From Candidatus Omnitrophota bacterium (GTDB lineage: Bacteria; Omnitrophota; Gorgyraeia; Zapsychrales; JANLHA01), in the NCBI GenBank assembly GCA_029560465.1, contig JAKQKX010000023.1, positions 7,965 through 71,964 on the forward strand: DNA of 64,000 bases. Direction: 5' to 3'. Positions within the stretch are counted from its first letter, which is position 1; each line of letters opens with the position of its first letter. The position numbers and the translations under genes were made by a program. The notes below the pieces were generated by a model. It did not search any database. It worked only from the letters and a program-made list of their open reading frames with translations, and was not told the origin of the DNA. This document shows positions 1 to 9,805 of the stretch, one piece after another.

Positions 1-467
1 CCGGTTGTGGCGTCCAGGATCGAGGTTCCGCTGAGTTGTCTGACGACCCAGCTGCCAAGCTTCTGGAGTCGTTTCTTGATAAAGGAAAATTGTTTGACGT
101 TTTCAATATCCCGATTGCCGATGACAATGTCAGCTTTCCCCTCGATGATGGGCCTTACCAGGCGGGGGATGTCCTCCCCTTTATACTGCCCATCCGCATC
201 GGTATTGACAATGATGTCAGCCCCCATAGCCAAGGCCGCATCCAATCCGGCCTGAAAGACCCTAGCCAGCCCCTTTTTTTTTGTAAATTTTACGATTTTA
301 TGTACGCCGTGTTCTTGGGCAACTGTTGATGTGTTGTCGGTGCTCCCATCATCGATGATAAGGATTTGAATGTCATCGATCCCCTCGATATGTTTGGGTA
401 AATCAGCCAAAGTTTTTGGCAAGCTTTCCGCTTCGTTAAGACAAGGAATTTGTATGACTAATTTCAT
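1..467 (-). CDS. Family 2 glycosyltransferase (dolichyl-phosphate mannose synthase-like). The N-terminal ~155 aa are present and the 3' end runs off the window start.
   Basis: Reverse translation from the ATG at 467 gives MKLVIQIPCLNEAESLPKTLADLPKHIEGIDDIQILIIDDGSTDNTSTVAQEHG...NTDADGQY, carrying the GT2 DxD/DDGS-type motifs. It is not in the ORF track because it has no in-window stop. Confidence 0.6.
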   Translation of the reverse strand, partial: MKLVIQIPCLNEAESLPKTLADLPKHIEGIDDIQILIIDDGSTDNTSTVAQEHGVHKIVKFTKKKGLARVFQAGLDAALAMGADIIVNTDADGQYKGEDIPRLVRPIIEGKADIVIGNRDIENVKQFSFIKKRLQKLGSWVVRQLSGTSILDATT

Positions 468-541
468 GGATAAACCTCTAAGCGTATTTTGTTTCTTGCT
501 TGGATTTCATGTGTAAAGTCTTAGTGTCTTAAGGTCCTGCG

Positions 542-1549
542 TCATTTTTTGGGATAATAGACCCGTTTCCAGTAGTCCTGTAAAAGTTTAAGTTTATCGG
601 AAAGCCAGTCATAATGGTCAACAGCCCATGCGGCTGTTGTTTTCATCCCTTCTTCAAAGGATATTTGTGGTTCCCATCCGAGGCGGCGGATTTTATCGGC
701 ATTTAAAGAATAGCGGATATCGTGCCCGGGCCGGTCTTTGACGAATTGAATGAGGCTGTGCGGTTTACCGAGTATGCTTAAAATGGTCCGGACCGTTTCG
801 ATATTCTTCTTAGTCGTTTGAGCCCCTACGTTGTAATTCTCCCCTATCCGGCCTTTCGTTAAGATTAAAAGGACTGCCTCCACGCAATCCGAGACATGAA
901 GCCATTCCCGGACCTGAAGCCCCTTCCCGTACACGGGAATTTTTTGCCCGCTCAGCGCCTTTAATAGCACGACCGGGACAAGTTTTTCAGGATATTGCCA
1001 TGGCCCGTAATTATTCGACGGTCGTACAATGATGGCCGGAAAATTGTGGGCTCTGACGGCTGCGTGAATTAAAAAATCGGCAGCAGCTTTTGTTGAGGAA
1101 TAGGGATTGTTAGGGTGTAGCAGAGACGATTCCGTGAAGGACCCTTTGGGTATTTCTCCGTAGACTTCATCGGTTGAAATGTGGATGAACCGGGGGACCC
1201 GGTGATGGCGCGCGCAGTCTATGAGAGTCGCAGTCCCCTGGATATTGGTAGCAATAAACGGGGAAACATCCAGTAAACTTCGATCAACATGTGTTTCGGC
1301 GGCAAAATGGAGGATCGCGGAAGGCTGTTCTTTTTTTATGATATCATCGATTTTTTGGGCCTGAATGATATCCGTTTTATAAAACGTAATTTGATTTTTA
1401 ACCGGACGCAAACGCGTCAAATCCCCGGCGTATGTTAATTTATCAATAACCACCACCCGGTAGCCTTTTTCAACAGCCTTCCGGACAAAGGTACTGGCAA
1501 TAAAGCCCGCCCCGCCGGTTACGAGCAGTTTAGGTAATTTTTTACGCAT
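542..1549 (-). CDS. rmlB: dTDP-glucose 4,6-dehydratase
   Basis: N-terminal TGGAGFIAS Rossmann motif. Length 335 aa. YxxxK SDR-family architecture. Sits in an rml cluster. Confidence 0.9.
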   Translation of the reverse strand: MRKKLPKLLVTGGAGFIASTFVRKAVEKGYRVVVIDKLTYAGDLTRLRPVKNQITFYKTDIIQAQKIDDIIKKEQPSAILHFAAETHVDRSLLDVSPFIATNIQGTATLIDCARHHRVPRFIHISTDEVYGEIPKGSFTESSLLHPNNPYSSTKAAADFLIHAAVRAHNFPAIIVRPSNNYGPWQYPEKLVPVVLLKALSGQKIPVYGKGLQVREWLHVSDCVEAVLLILTKGRIGENYNVGAQTTKKNIETVRTILSILGKPHSLIQFVKDRPGHDIRYSLNADKIRRLGWEPQISFEEGMKTTAAWAVDHYDWLSDKLKLLQDYWKRVYYPKK

Positions 1550-2343
1550 TCTTCCAGGATATCCTTTGTGGCGCGAACTTTGAAACGGGTTGATTCAAGC
1601 TTTTTGGTCGAGAGGATTAGATTGGTCCTAACAAGTTTTAAATCTTTTAAATCGATGACCGTAAAACGGAAATTGGGATCATGTTTTGCATAAATTTTTA
1701 TCAGGTCCGGGTAACGTAGTGCCCCCTTGTTCACAACATTGTATATTCCCTGTGCGTCAATCGAAATGAGATGCCGGAAGGCCTGAATAAAGTCTGGGAT
1801 ATAAGTGACAGAGTTCGGGACATCGATTATTTTCTTGTATTTGATGAGTTTGGTCAGGATATTCTTGGGATGGGGGCGGTTATCGAGGGGCACCCTGATC
1901 CTGATGATAAGGATATTATATTTTTTAGCCAAGGCGTTTAGAATGTGCTCTGCATAAATTTTCGTGCGGCTGTAATAGAGTTCAAAGAAATCCGGGACCA
2001 TGGTTTCCGTGATGGGTTTGGGTTTCTTGTAATCATAATGATAAATACACCCGCTGCTGATATGTACCATTTTGACTCCGTAGCGTAAGCAGGCTTCTGC
2101 CAGCAGAACGGGGACGAAGGTATTGGCGTGGATACTTTTCTCCGGGTTAAGTTCGCAGTCATCTATATTTCGGACGCCGGTATACCCGATACAATTGACA
2201 AGAATTTTGGGATGGTTCTTTTTGACCAGTTGAACGGCATCTTGAAACGAAGAAATTCGTTCCGAGGACAAACTGCCTCCCAACTCTTTTTGAAGTCTTT
2301 GCCCGATATATCCTTTACCGACAATCAACATTTTATTTTTCAT
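1519..2343 (-). CDS. rmlD: dTDP-4-dehydrorhamnose reductase
   Basis: NAD(P)-binding N-terminus LIVGKGYIGQ, ~280 aa, lies between rmlA and rmlB. The ORF track starts at 2370; I prefer the internal ATG at 2343 (MKNKMLIVGKG), which reduces overlap with rmlA. Confidence 0.72.
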   Translation of the reverse strand: MKNKMLIVGKGYIGQRLQKELGGSLSSERISSFQDAVQLVKKNHPKILVNCIGYTGVRNIDDCELNPEKSIHANTFVPVLLAEACLRYGVKMVHISSGCIYHYDYKKPKPITETMVPDFFELYYSRTKIYAEHILNALAKKYNILIIRIRVPLDNRPHPKNILTKLIKYKKIIDVPNSVTYIPDFIQAFRHLISIDAQGIYNVVNKGALRYPDLIKIYAKHDPNFRFTVIDLKDLKLVRTNLILSTKKLESTRFKVRATKDILEECVKNYLNCS

Positions 2344-3199
2344 CAGCGAGCTCCATAAGATACGTTCCATAGTCTGTCTTGATCGTTTTGGCTAAACGCG
2401 AGATATCATCACGCGAAATAAGTCCCTTTCGGAAAGCGATTTCTTCGATGCATCCCACTTTAAGCCCTTGCCGATCCTCGATTGTTTTGATGAATATTGA
2501 GGCGTCAATTAAAGAGTTGTAGCTGCCGGTATCCAGCCAGGCATATCCGCGCCCCAGCCGTTCGACTTGCATGACCCCTTTTTTAATATAATGATTGTTC
2601 ACATCGGTGATTTCCAGTTCTCCCCTCGCGGAAGGTTGTACGGTTTTGGCGATTTGTACGGCATTCTTGTCAAAGAAATAGAGCCCAGTCACGGCCCAGT
2701 TGGATTTTGGATTTTGTGGTTTTTCTGTAATTGAAATCACGTTATTGCCCGCATCAAATTCGATAACTCCATATTGCCGGGGACTTTTTACATAGTATCC
2801 AAAGATGATGGCCCCTTTTTTAAGTTCACATGCTTGAGTTACAAGTTTGCTGAGATTATGCCCGTAAAAGATATTATCACCCAGGATCAAACAAACAGGT
2901 TGATGATCCATGAATTGTTCTCCAATTAAGAGCGCTTCTGCTATCCCCTTGGGGGATTCTTGAGCCGCATAGGATATGTTGATCCCCACCTGGCGCCCAT
3001 CCCCAAGCAAGTCTCGAAAACGCGGCAGGTCTTTTGGGGTTGAGATGATAAGAATTTCCGTAATCCCCCCGAGCATCAATACGGACAGCGGATAATAAAT
3101 CATGGGCTTGTCATAAACGGGGAGCAATTGCTTGCAGACTCCCCTGGTGATAGGATAAAGTCGGGTTCCACTCCCTCCGGCAAGAATAATTCCCTTCAT
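2333..3199 (-). CDS. rmlA: glucose-1-phosphate thymidylyltransferase
   Basis: [18 protein letters not shown]...[24 protein letters not shown] is the canonical RmlA N-terminus. Length 288 aa. Confidence 0.92.
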   Translation of the reverse strand: [288 protein letters not shown]

Positions 3200-3302
3200 G
3201 GGTGAATTCTTTCTGTGTTATTTATAAATTTATTAATAAATATATATTATACTTAAAAATATTTTAAATGCAATGGCATTTGCTATCTTGGGTTTTGTGA
3301 AT

Positions 3303-3920
3303 TCAAGATAAGTTTGAAGGAATGCCTTGGGGGGGTAAAGTCATTTTCATCGAAAAGGAACATCCGCAATAATTCTGTCTGTAAAAGTTTTCCCGTTTCG
3401 TAATTTGCTCCTTCCTTTCCGCCCCCCCCTGTTTTCTCCAGTTGTAATCCCAAAAAATAAGCCCGGGATAGCGTGAGGCAGCTGTAGCTCCGCATTTATA
3501 AACCTGTTGAATGTCTTTCCACCGTGAAATCCCAAGGCTTGTGGCGAAAATTCTAAAATTGTTTTCAACCGCATACTGTGCGGTCCGTTCGAGTCTCATG
3601 GAAAAACAGATGTCACAGCGTTTTCCCCGTTCCTGTTCCTGTTCTAGCCCATGGGTTTTTTTCGTCCAGGCGTCCGGGTCATAGTCAAGGTCGACAAATG
3701 GGATGCTCATTTTTACGGCAAATCTGGCGGCTTCTTGTTTTCGCAACTGATATTCACTTTCAGGATAAATGTTGGGATTGTAAAAAAGCACGGTGAGCGG
3801 AATCCCTGAAAAAGCGATTGCTTCCATGATTTCCCCGGAACACGGGGCGCAACAGGAATGCAGAAGAATTTTTTCACCTAATATCGGTGGTATTAAGGGT
3901 TTACGTGCTGTCTCCGCCAT
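3303..3920 (-). CDS. queH: epoxyqueuosine reductase QueH (DUF208)
   Basis: LLHSCCAPCS motif and a second Cys cluster (CDICF...YCGCSFS). I chose the internal ATG at 3920 (MAETARK...) because the ORF-track start overlaps the upstream gene. Confidence 0.8.
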   Translation of the reverse strand: MAETARKPLIPPILGEKILLHSCCAPCSGEIMEAIAFSGIPLTVLFYNPNIYPESEYQLRKQEAARFAVKMSIPFVDLDYDPDAWTKKTHGLEQEQERGKRCDICFSMRLERTAQYAVENNFRIFATSLGISRWKDIQQVYKCGATAASRYPGLIFWDYNWRKQGGAERKEQITKRENFYRQNYCGCSFSMKMTLPPQGIPSNLS

Positions 3921-3978
3921 GAGTCTATTGTGCCCGATAATGGAGGGTTTGTCAAGAGAAGGTAATATTTCCCGTGGG

Positions 3979-4833
3979 TTAACTGAGAGACCTGACAGCT
4001 GGCGGGATAAAGTCAATAAGATCGCTTGCGATCATGGCCAGGCGGGTTTTTTTCTTAGCGGCCAGGTCTCCGGCTAATCCATGCAGGTATGCGCCCCAGC
4101 GGGCCGCTTCAAAGGCGTTTAAGCCCTGGCCCAAAAAAGCGGCGATCATGCCGGTTAAAACATCCCCGCTTCCAGCCGTGGCCATCCCCGCGTTTCCGGT
4201 TGAATTCAGGGTACATTTTTTATCAGGGGCGGCTATCACCGTCCGGGCTCCTTTCAGGAGAACGACTGTCTGGGTTGTCTTGGACAGCGCAATGGCTGCG
4301 GCTTTACGGTCCTTCTCGATGTCTGTTTTTGAGATATTGAGAAGACGGGCCATTTCTCCTGGATGGGGTGTCAAGATTTTTGGAGCGGGAGATTTTCTTA
4401 GAATATCCAGCCGGCCGGATAAAGCGTTCAGAGCATCGGCATCGATCACCAAAGGGGTCGGGATGGCGCTGATGGCTTTAAGGATGAAATCCCGGGTGCC
4501 TGTCTGTGTTGAGAGCCCCGGCCCTATGGCGATGGCATCAAAACGCATGAGCTCCCCGGAAAGGGTTTCCCAGGCCTGAGGGGAAAGGGTCTGTTCCGGG
4601 GTTTCCGGCAGGGGGAAGGTCATAATGACCGGAGACAATTTTCTCTGTAAAGCTGTGTTTAGGCTCTGCGGCACGCCCACGGTCACAAGCCCGGCGCCGG
4701 AGCGCATGGCGGCCAACCCGGACAGGGCCGCGGCACCGAGCATGCGTCTGGATCCCGCCAGAATAAGGACGTGTCCGAAGTGATTTTTATAAACGTTTTT
4801 TTTAAGCCGTAATAAGGGCGCTGGCAATCGCAT
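3979..4833 (-). CDS. nnr: ADP-dependent NAD(P)H-hydrate dehydratase (YjeF C-terminal domain)
   Basis: GHVLILAGSRRMLGAAALSGLAAMRSGAGLV...GNAGMATAGSGDVLTGMIAAFLGQG carbohydrate-kinase-like motifs. Start chosen at the internal ATG 4833 (MRLPAPLL...). Confidence 0.75.
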   Translation of the reverse strand: MRLPAPLLRLKKNVYKNHFGHVLILAGSRRMLGAAALSGLAAMRSGAGLVTVGVPQSLNTALQRKLSPVIMTFPLPETPEQTLSPQAWETLSGELMRFDAIAIGPGLSTQTGTRDFILKAISAIPTPLVIDADALNALSGRLDILRKSPAPKILTPHPGEMARLLNISKTDIEKDRKAAAIALSKTTQTVVLLKGARTVIAAPDKKCTLNSTGNAGMATAGSGDVLTGMIAAFLGQGLNAFEAARWGAYLHGLAGDLAAKKKTRLAMIASDLIDFIPPAVRSLS

Positions 4834-5155
4834 AATTGTCGGAATGTGAAATTGAAAGATAGATGGTATGCCGGAATTCGGGATTGTTGATCTCGCAGTA
4901 AGGTTTTCCGTTTTCGTGATTGAGAATTTTGATGTCTTTCCAGCCGATGGGCATGAATGTTTCATCTAAGGCTTTGATGATGGCTTCTTTGGCTGCGAAC
5001 CGTCCGGCAAAATGCCTGGAAGGAAACTTGTTCCTGTTCGCGTACTGCACTTCCTCCTCACAGAAAACATGGCGCAAAAAATGATCCCCCCAACGCTGAA
5101 TCGCTAGTTCGATTCTGGCTATTTCGATAATATCGATCCCTGTCCCCAGAATCAC
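4802..5155 (-). CDS. acpS: holo-[acyl-carrier-protein] synthase
   Basis: MILGTGIDIIEIARIE...FAAKEAIIKALD. 117 aa, 4'-phosphopantetheinyl transferase fold motifs. Confidence 0.85.
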   Translation of the reverse strand: MILGTGIDIIEIARIELAIQRWGDHFLRHVFCEEEVQYANRNKFPSRHFAGRFAAKEAIIKALDETFMPIGWKDIKILNHENGKPYCEINNPEFRHTIYLSISHSDNYAIASALITA

Positions 5156-5871
5156 GTTGCCGTCCTGATGATTGCGAGCATTTCTTTCACCGCTTGCTGA
5201 AGTCCTGTCGTGATCGCCCGGGAGATGATCGAATGTCCGATGTTCAATTCTTCTATGCCGTTGATCCGGGCGACCGGGGCGGTATTGGCGTAGTTCAGGC
5301 CGTGCCCGGCGTTGACGGTCAGCCCGAGATCCCGGGCGAAGTGGGTCATGTCCGAGAGTGTCTTTAATTGTTTTTGGGCGGCGCTTCGCGTGCGGCTATT
5401 TGCGTAACAGCCGGTGTGCAGTTCGATCATGTCCACGCCGGCTTCCGCGGCGCGCGTGATTTGGGGTTTCTCCGGCGCGATAAACAAGCTTACACAGATC
5501 CCTTTTTGCCGGAGCAGGTCCGCCGCACGGGTAATTTTTTTGAAATAACGGACGACATCCAATCCCCCTTCTGTCGTAATTTCTTGCCGTCGCTCCGGCA
5601 CGATCGTACACTGATCCGGCTTCAGGCGCAGGGCCACGTCAAGGATGTCTGGGCTTAACGCCATTTCCAAGTTCAGGCGCGTCGTCACGGATTTTTTCAA
5701 CATCTTCACGTCGGCGTCTAAAATATGCCTCCGGTCTTCCCGCAGGTGGCAGACGATACTGTCGGCCCCGGCACCCTCGCAGATTTTTGCCGCCATGATG
5801 GGGTCCGGTTCATCCCCGCCACGGGACTGGCGTACGGTGGCCACATGATCGATGTTAACGCCAAGTTTCAT
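5152..5871 (-). CDS. pdxJ: pyridoxine 5'-phosphate synthase
   Basis: MKLGVNIDHVATVRQSRGG...HLREDRRHI signature. 239 aa. Confidence 0.9.
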   Translation of the reverse strand: MKLGVNIDHVATVRQSRGGDEPDPIMAAKICEGAGADSIVCHLREDRRHILDADVKMLKKSVTTRLNLEMALSPDILDVALRLKPDQCTIVPERRQEITTEGGLDVVRYFKKITRAADLLRQKGICVSLFIAPEKPQITRAAEAGVDMIELHTGCYANSRTRSAAQKQLKTLSDMTHFARDLGLTVNAGHGLNYANTAPVARINGIEELNIGHSIISRAITTGLQQAVKEMLAIIRTAT

Positions 5872-5902
5872 TATCCCGGCATCCTTTCTTGTTTGCGCTG
5901 GT

Positions 5903-6052
5903 TCATGAGGGGAAGGCGGCCCGCTCTTGTTTCGTCGGGTGCTGGCGTTTTTCCTGGCGCAGAATTTCCCCGGTGACGTAAATCCAGGTGATGATCGCCA
6001 GCCCTAGCGCGATTAGCTTCAATCCTAAATTGTGTGTTAACCATTTTTTCAT
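5903..6052 (-). CDS. 49-aa membrane peptide resembling the N-terminal transmembrane anchor of the c-di-AMP cyclase regulator CdaR (YbbR)
   Basis: My own translation from ATG 6052 to TGA 5903-5905 gives MKKWLTHNLGLKLIALGLAIITWIYVTGEILRQEKRQHPTKQERAAFPS. It sits 17 nt downstream of cdaA, where cdaR normally lies. The pattern M-K-(F/W)-L-x-N-x-x-K-(I/L)-IAL matches the CdaR N-terminus. No YbbR repeat domains follow. It is below the ORF-track size cutoff. Confidence 0.35.
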   Translation of the reverse strand: MKKWLTHNLGLKLIALGLAIITWIYVTGEILRQEKRQHPTKQERAAFPS

Positions 6053-6069
6053 TTGTGAGATTTATGCGC

Positions 6070-6840
6070 TTATTTTTGTGTTTTTTGATTCCCCACGATC
6101 AGATTTTTGAGAATATTCGTAAACCGGTCCCGGTTAATCACAGGGATAAAACGGCCATCAGACGCCAGGGACACTTCCCCGGATTCTTCCGAAACCATAA
6201 CAACGATCGCGTCCGTCTGTTCGGTTAAGCCGAGCGCCGCCCGGTGGCGTGTCCCGATAATTTTGCTGAAGCTGGGATTGTCGGATAGCGGAAACAGGCA
6301 GGCGCAGGCGATAATTCTGTCCCGGCGGATCACGATCCCGCCGTCGTGCAAAGGAGAATTATGATTAAAGACGCTTTGTATCAGTTCGGAGGATATCCGC
6401 GCATCAAGGTTAATCCCGCTTTCAATATAAGTTTTAAGTTTGGAGTCGCGCTCGATCGCCATGATACACCCGGTTTTGTTTTTCGAAAACCGGTAAGCGG
6501 CGTCCGCAATCTCTTCAATGATCGCCATGACTTCGGTTTCTTCCAGGGCGATATTAAAAAGGTGCCGTTGCCCCAGCCGGGCCAGCCCGAGCCGGAGTTC
6601 CTGTTGAAAGATGATCAGGAGCGCGATGATGGAAATCCCGAACAGCTTGGTCAAAAGCCAGTTGATGGTGTCCAGCCCCATGATTTGTGAAAGCACAAAC
6701 GCGAAGACGAGCAGGGTCATCCCTTTGAGCACTTGGAAGGAACGGGTCCCTTCAAAAAAGACCAGTGTTTGGTAGAAAATAATCCAGAGGATTATGATTT
6801 CGATGGTGGGTTTTAAAAATGACCAAATAAAGAAAAACAT
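6070..6840 (-). CDS. cdaA: diadenylate cyclase CdaA (DisA_N domain) with N-terminal TM helices
   Basis: DAC domain motifs HDGGIVI, GTRHRAALGLTEQTDA and three N-terminal TM segments. 256 aa. Confidence 0.88.
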   Translation of the reverse strand: MFFFIWSFLKPTIEIIILWIIFYQTLVFFEGTRSFQVLKGMTLLVFAFVLSQIMGLDTINWLLTKLFGISIIALLIIFQQELRLGLARLGQRHLFNIALEETEVMAIIEEIADAAYRFSKNKTGCIMAIERDSKLKTYIESGINLDARISSELIQSVFNHNSPLHDGGIVIRRDRIIACACLFPLSDNPSFSKIIGTRHRAALGLTEQTDAIVVMVSEESGEVSLASDGRFIPVINRDRFTNILKNLIVGNQKTQK

Positions 6841-6854
6841 GTCTAACGTTTTGG

Positions 6855-7748
6855 TTAAATAAATGATTGATTGATGATCGCATCCGTCATTCGGGCGACA
6901 GCGATCATCTCTTTAACATCGTGAACGCGTAGGATGTGGGCTCCTTTTAAGATGCTCGCACACACTGTCGCGGCTGTGCCCCATGTCCGTTGCCTGGGAA
7001 CGTCTTCCCGTAACACTTTGCCAATGAAAGATTTTCGTGATGTACCTATGAGAAGGGGACATCGTAAAGACTGGAATTCATTAAGCCGGTTAATGATTTC
7101 CAGATTGTGCTCGGCTGTTTTTCCAAATCCGATCCCCGGATCCAATATGATTCTATCTGATTTAATCCCGATTTCCAAGCAAATTTCAAGGGATTTCTGT
7201 AAAGAATCTTTGATCTCGGTTATTAAATTATTGTAAACAATGTTGTTTTGCATTGTGCGCGGGGTTCCCCGCATATGCATTAAAATAACAGCGGCCTCGT
7301 AGTGCTGGACCATCTTCAGCAATCTTCGGTCCGGAGATGTCCCCATGATGGTATTAACGATGCTGGCCCCGGCATCGAGCGCGTGTCGGGCGACGAGTGG
7401 TTTGTATGTGTCCACAGAAATGGGATTATCCACTTTTTGAGCGAGCGCTTTGATGACGGGAATGACACGCGCGAGTTCTTCTTTTAAGGGGATGCGTTTA
7501 GCGCCTGGTCGGGAAGATTCTCCGCCGATATCAATGATATCGGCCCCTTGCCGGATGAACGTTAACGCTTTACGGATGGCCGTGTCGGGGCCCTTTCCCT
7601 TCCCCCCTATGCTTATACAGCCGTCTTGACTGAAGGAGTCCGGGGTCATATTGATGATGCCCATGATCCGGGTTGACGCACCAAGAGACAGGGCGTGTCT
7701 CCGGGCCCGTAACAGAAAAGATTTTCTTTGCAGGATAGTTTTTTGCAC
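6855..7748 (-). CDS. folP: dihydropteroate synthase
   Basis: GIINMTPDSFSQDG pterin-binding motif, DIGGESSRPG, ~297 aa. Confidence 0.9.
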   Translation of the reverse strand: MQKTILQRKSFLLRARRHALSLGASTRIMGIINMTPDSFSQDGCISIGGKGKGPDTAIRKALTFIRQGADIIDIGGESSRPGAKRIPLKEELARVIPVIKALAQKVDNPISVDTYKPLVARHALDAGASIVNTIMGTSPDRRLLKMVQHYEAAVILMHMRGTPRTMQNNIVYNNLITEIKDSLQKSLEICLEIGIKSDRIILDPGIGFGKTAEHNLEIINRLNEFQSLRCPLLIGTSRKSFIGKVLREDVPRQRTWGTAATVCASILKGAHILRVHDVKEMIAVARMTDAIINQSFI

Positions 7749-7758
7749 GAATAGGCGT

Positions 7759-9747
7759 TTAATTCATGTGTTTCTGTTGCGACAGGCCGGAGAGGTTGCT
7801 GTCTTTGTTTGGAGCCTCGGCGGGGGACAATGGCGCCCCCGGATACTCCCCTTCGCCGGAGGCCATCCCCAGCAACAACTGTGTTTCATCAATCGTGATG
7901 ACCTCTTTTTCAATGAGAGTTTTGGCGATCCGGTCCAGTTTATCTCGGTTTTCGGTTAACAACGTGCGGGCCCGCGTGTACGCTTCTTCCACAACACCCT
8001 GGATTTCGTGGTCGATATTTTTAGCGGTTTCCTCACTGTAATCGCGCTGTTCAAAAAGATCCCGCCCCAGAAAATGATGCCGTTGGTTATGCCCAAAAGA
8101 CAATCGCCCTAGACGGGGGCTCATCCCGTATTCACACACCATGGCCCGGGCGAGCTGCGTCACGCGCTCGAGGTCGTTGGATACCCCGGTTGTTGTGTCT
8201 TGCATCACCAGTTCTTCCGCGACCAGCCCGCCGAGGAGAAGAACCATTTGCCCTTTGAGTTCCTTCTGGTTCAGGTAATGCCGGTCTTCTTTGGGGGGGG
8301 TGAGTGTGTACCCTCCCGCCATGCCCCGGGGGATAATTGATACTTTCGTGAACGTATCGACTTCATCAATAAGCAAGGAAAGGAGCGCGTGGCCGGCTTC
8401 ATGGTACGCCGTGATTTCTTTTTCCTTCTTGGAAACTGTGCGGCTTTTTTTCTCCGGCCCCATTGTCACACGTTCGATGGCCGAAAGAAAATCATCCATC
8501 TCTACTTTTTCCTTATCTTTCCTCGCCGCGAGCAAGGCCGCTTCGTTACAGACATTGGCAAGGTCGGCCCCGGAAAAATAAACGGTTTGTTGGGCCAGGC
8601 GTTCAAAATTAACTTTATCATCCACTTTAATATCCCGGGTGTGGACTCTCAGGATGCCTTCCCGGCCTTTGATATCCGGGAGGGTGACGACGATTTGGCG
8701 GTCAAAACGTCCGGGACGCAATAAGGCCGGGTCCAGGGTGTCAGGGCGGTTGGTGGCCGCGATAATAATGACCCCGCTCTGGGTGTTGAATCCGTCCATC
8801 TCTACCAGTAAAGCGTTTAAGGTTTGCTCCCTTTCGTCATTCCCTCCTCCGATCCCGGCAAAGCGTTGGCGGCCTACGGCATCAATTTCATCGATAAAAA
8901 CAATCGCCCCTTTCCCGGAACTCAACGAGGCTTTGCGGGCCTGGTCGAATAAATCCCGCACACGGGACGCGCCGACTCCGACGAACATTTCGACGAAATC
9001 CGATCCGCTTAAAGAAAAGAAAGGCACCCCGGCTTCCCCCGCCACGGCTTTTGCCAGGAGGGTTTTCCCTGTCCCCGGATGCCCGACGAGCAAGACGCCT
9101 TTTGGGATTTTGCCCCCTAAGCGTTGAAATTTGCGGGGTTCTTTCAGGAATTCAATGACCTCCTGCAATTCCTCTTTGGCTTCGTCCACGCCAGCGACGT
9201 CTTTAAAGGTGATGTTCATGCTGCTTTTTGTGCTCAGCCTCGCCCGGGATTTCCCGAATGACCAGATTTTGTTCCCCATCTGGCTGCCCCGGTAAGAAAT
9301 AAACCAGATAAACAGGATAATGATCAGGATCGGCAACAGTGATAGGAGCATCTGGCTCCAAAAAGTTTGGGCTGGTTTCACTTGGACATCCGGGACGTTG
9401 GATCGCATGAGCTCCAGGATGGTTTCATCTTTGCTGGGGATGTTCAACTTGAATTCCGTGTCGTCTTTATATATTCCCCTCACGACATGTTCCGGCCCCT
9501 CAATGAGTTCCAGTCTTTTTATGCGTCCGGTTTCAGGGTTATCTTTCAGAATTTGAAAAAAGCTGCTGTAGGATAACGGCTCTGGAACCTTGAATTTGTT
9601 CACGGATTCGGTTTGGCTCATGAGCAGAAGAAGGATAAATCCGATCATAAGTAAAAAAAGAATATTATTGTTAGGGGGACGGTTTTTGCCCCGGTTTGAT
9701 GCCGGGCGTACCGGCCGTTTCAGATTGGGACGTTTATAATTTTGCAT
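7759..9747 (-). CDS. ftsH: ATP-dependent zinc metalloprotease FtsH
   Basis: N-terminal TM pair, Walker [27 protein letters not shown], and HEAGHAL zinc-binding motif. 662 aa. Confidence 0.95.
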   Translation of the reverse strand: MQNYKRPNLKRPVRPASNRGKNRPPNNNILFLLMIGFILLLLMSQTESVNKFKVPEPLSYSSFFQILKDNPETGRIKRLELIEGPEHVVRGIYKDDTEFKLNIPSKDETILELMRSNVPDVQVKPAQTFWSQMLLSLLPILIIILFIWFISYRGSQMGNKIWSFGKSRARLSTKSSMNITFKDVAGVDEAKEELQEVIEFLKEPRKFQRLGGKIPKGVLLVGHPGTGKTLLAKAVAGEAGVPFFSLSGSDFVEMFVGVGASRVRDLFDQARKASLSSGKGAIVFIDEIDAVGRQRFAGIGGGNDEREQTLNALLVEMDGFNTQSGVIIIAATNRPDTLDPALLRPGRFDRQIVVTLPDIKGREGILRVHTRDIKVDDKVNFERLAQQTVYFSGADLANVCNEAALLAARKDKEKVEMDDFLSAIERVTMGPEKKSRTVSKKEKEITAYHEAGHALLSLLIDEVDTFTKVSIIPRGMAGGYTLTPPKEDRHYLNQKELKGQMVLLLGGLVAEELVMQDTTTGVSNDLERVTQLARAMVCEYGMSPRLGRLSFGHNQRHHFLGRDLFEQRDYSEETAKNIDHEIQGVVEEAYTRARTLLTENRDKLDRIAKTLIEKEVITIDETQLLLGMASGEGEYPGAPLSPAEAPNKDSNLSGLSQQKHMN

Positions 9748-9805
9748 ATCTCCTCACATTTCAAATAATTAAATTTTTAATATTATAACCGATCATAATA
9801 TAGTT

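Noticed and set aside
7-329. Plus-strand ORFs 7..255 and 36..329 at the window start
   Set aside because: They are antisense to a much better-supported minus-strand GT2 glycosyltransferase gene (start codon at 467) with clear DDGS/DxD motifs. No motifs in the plus-strand translations.
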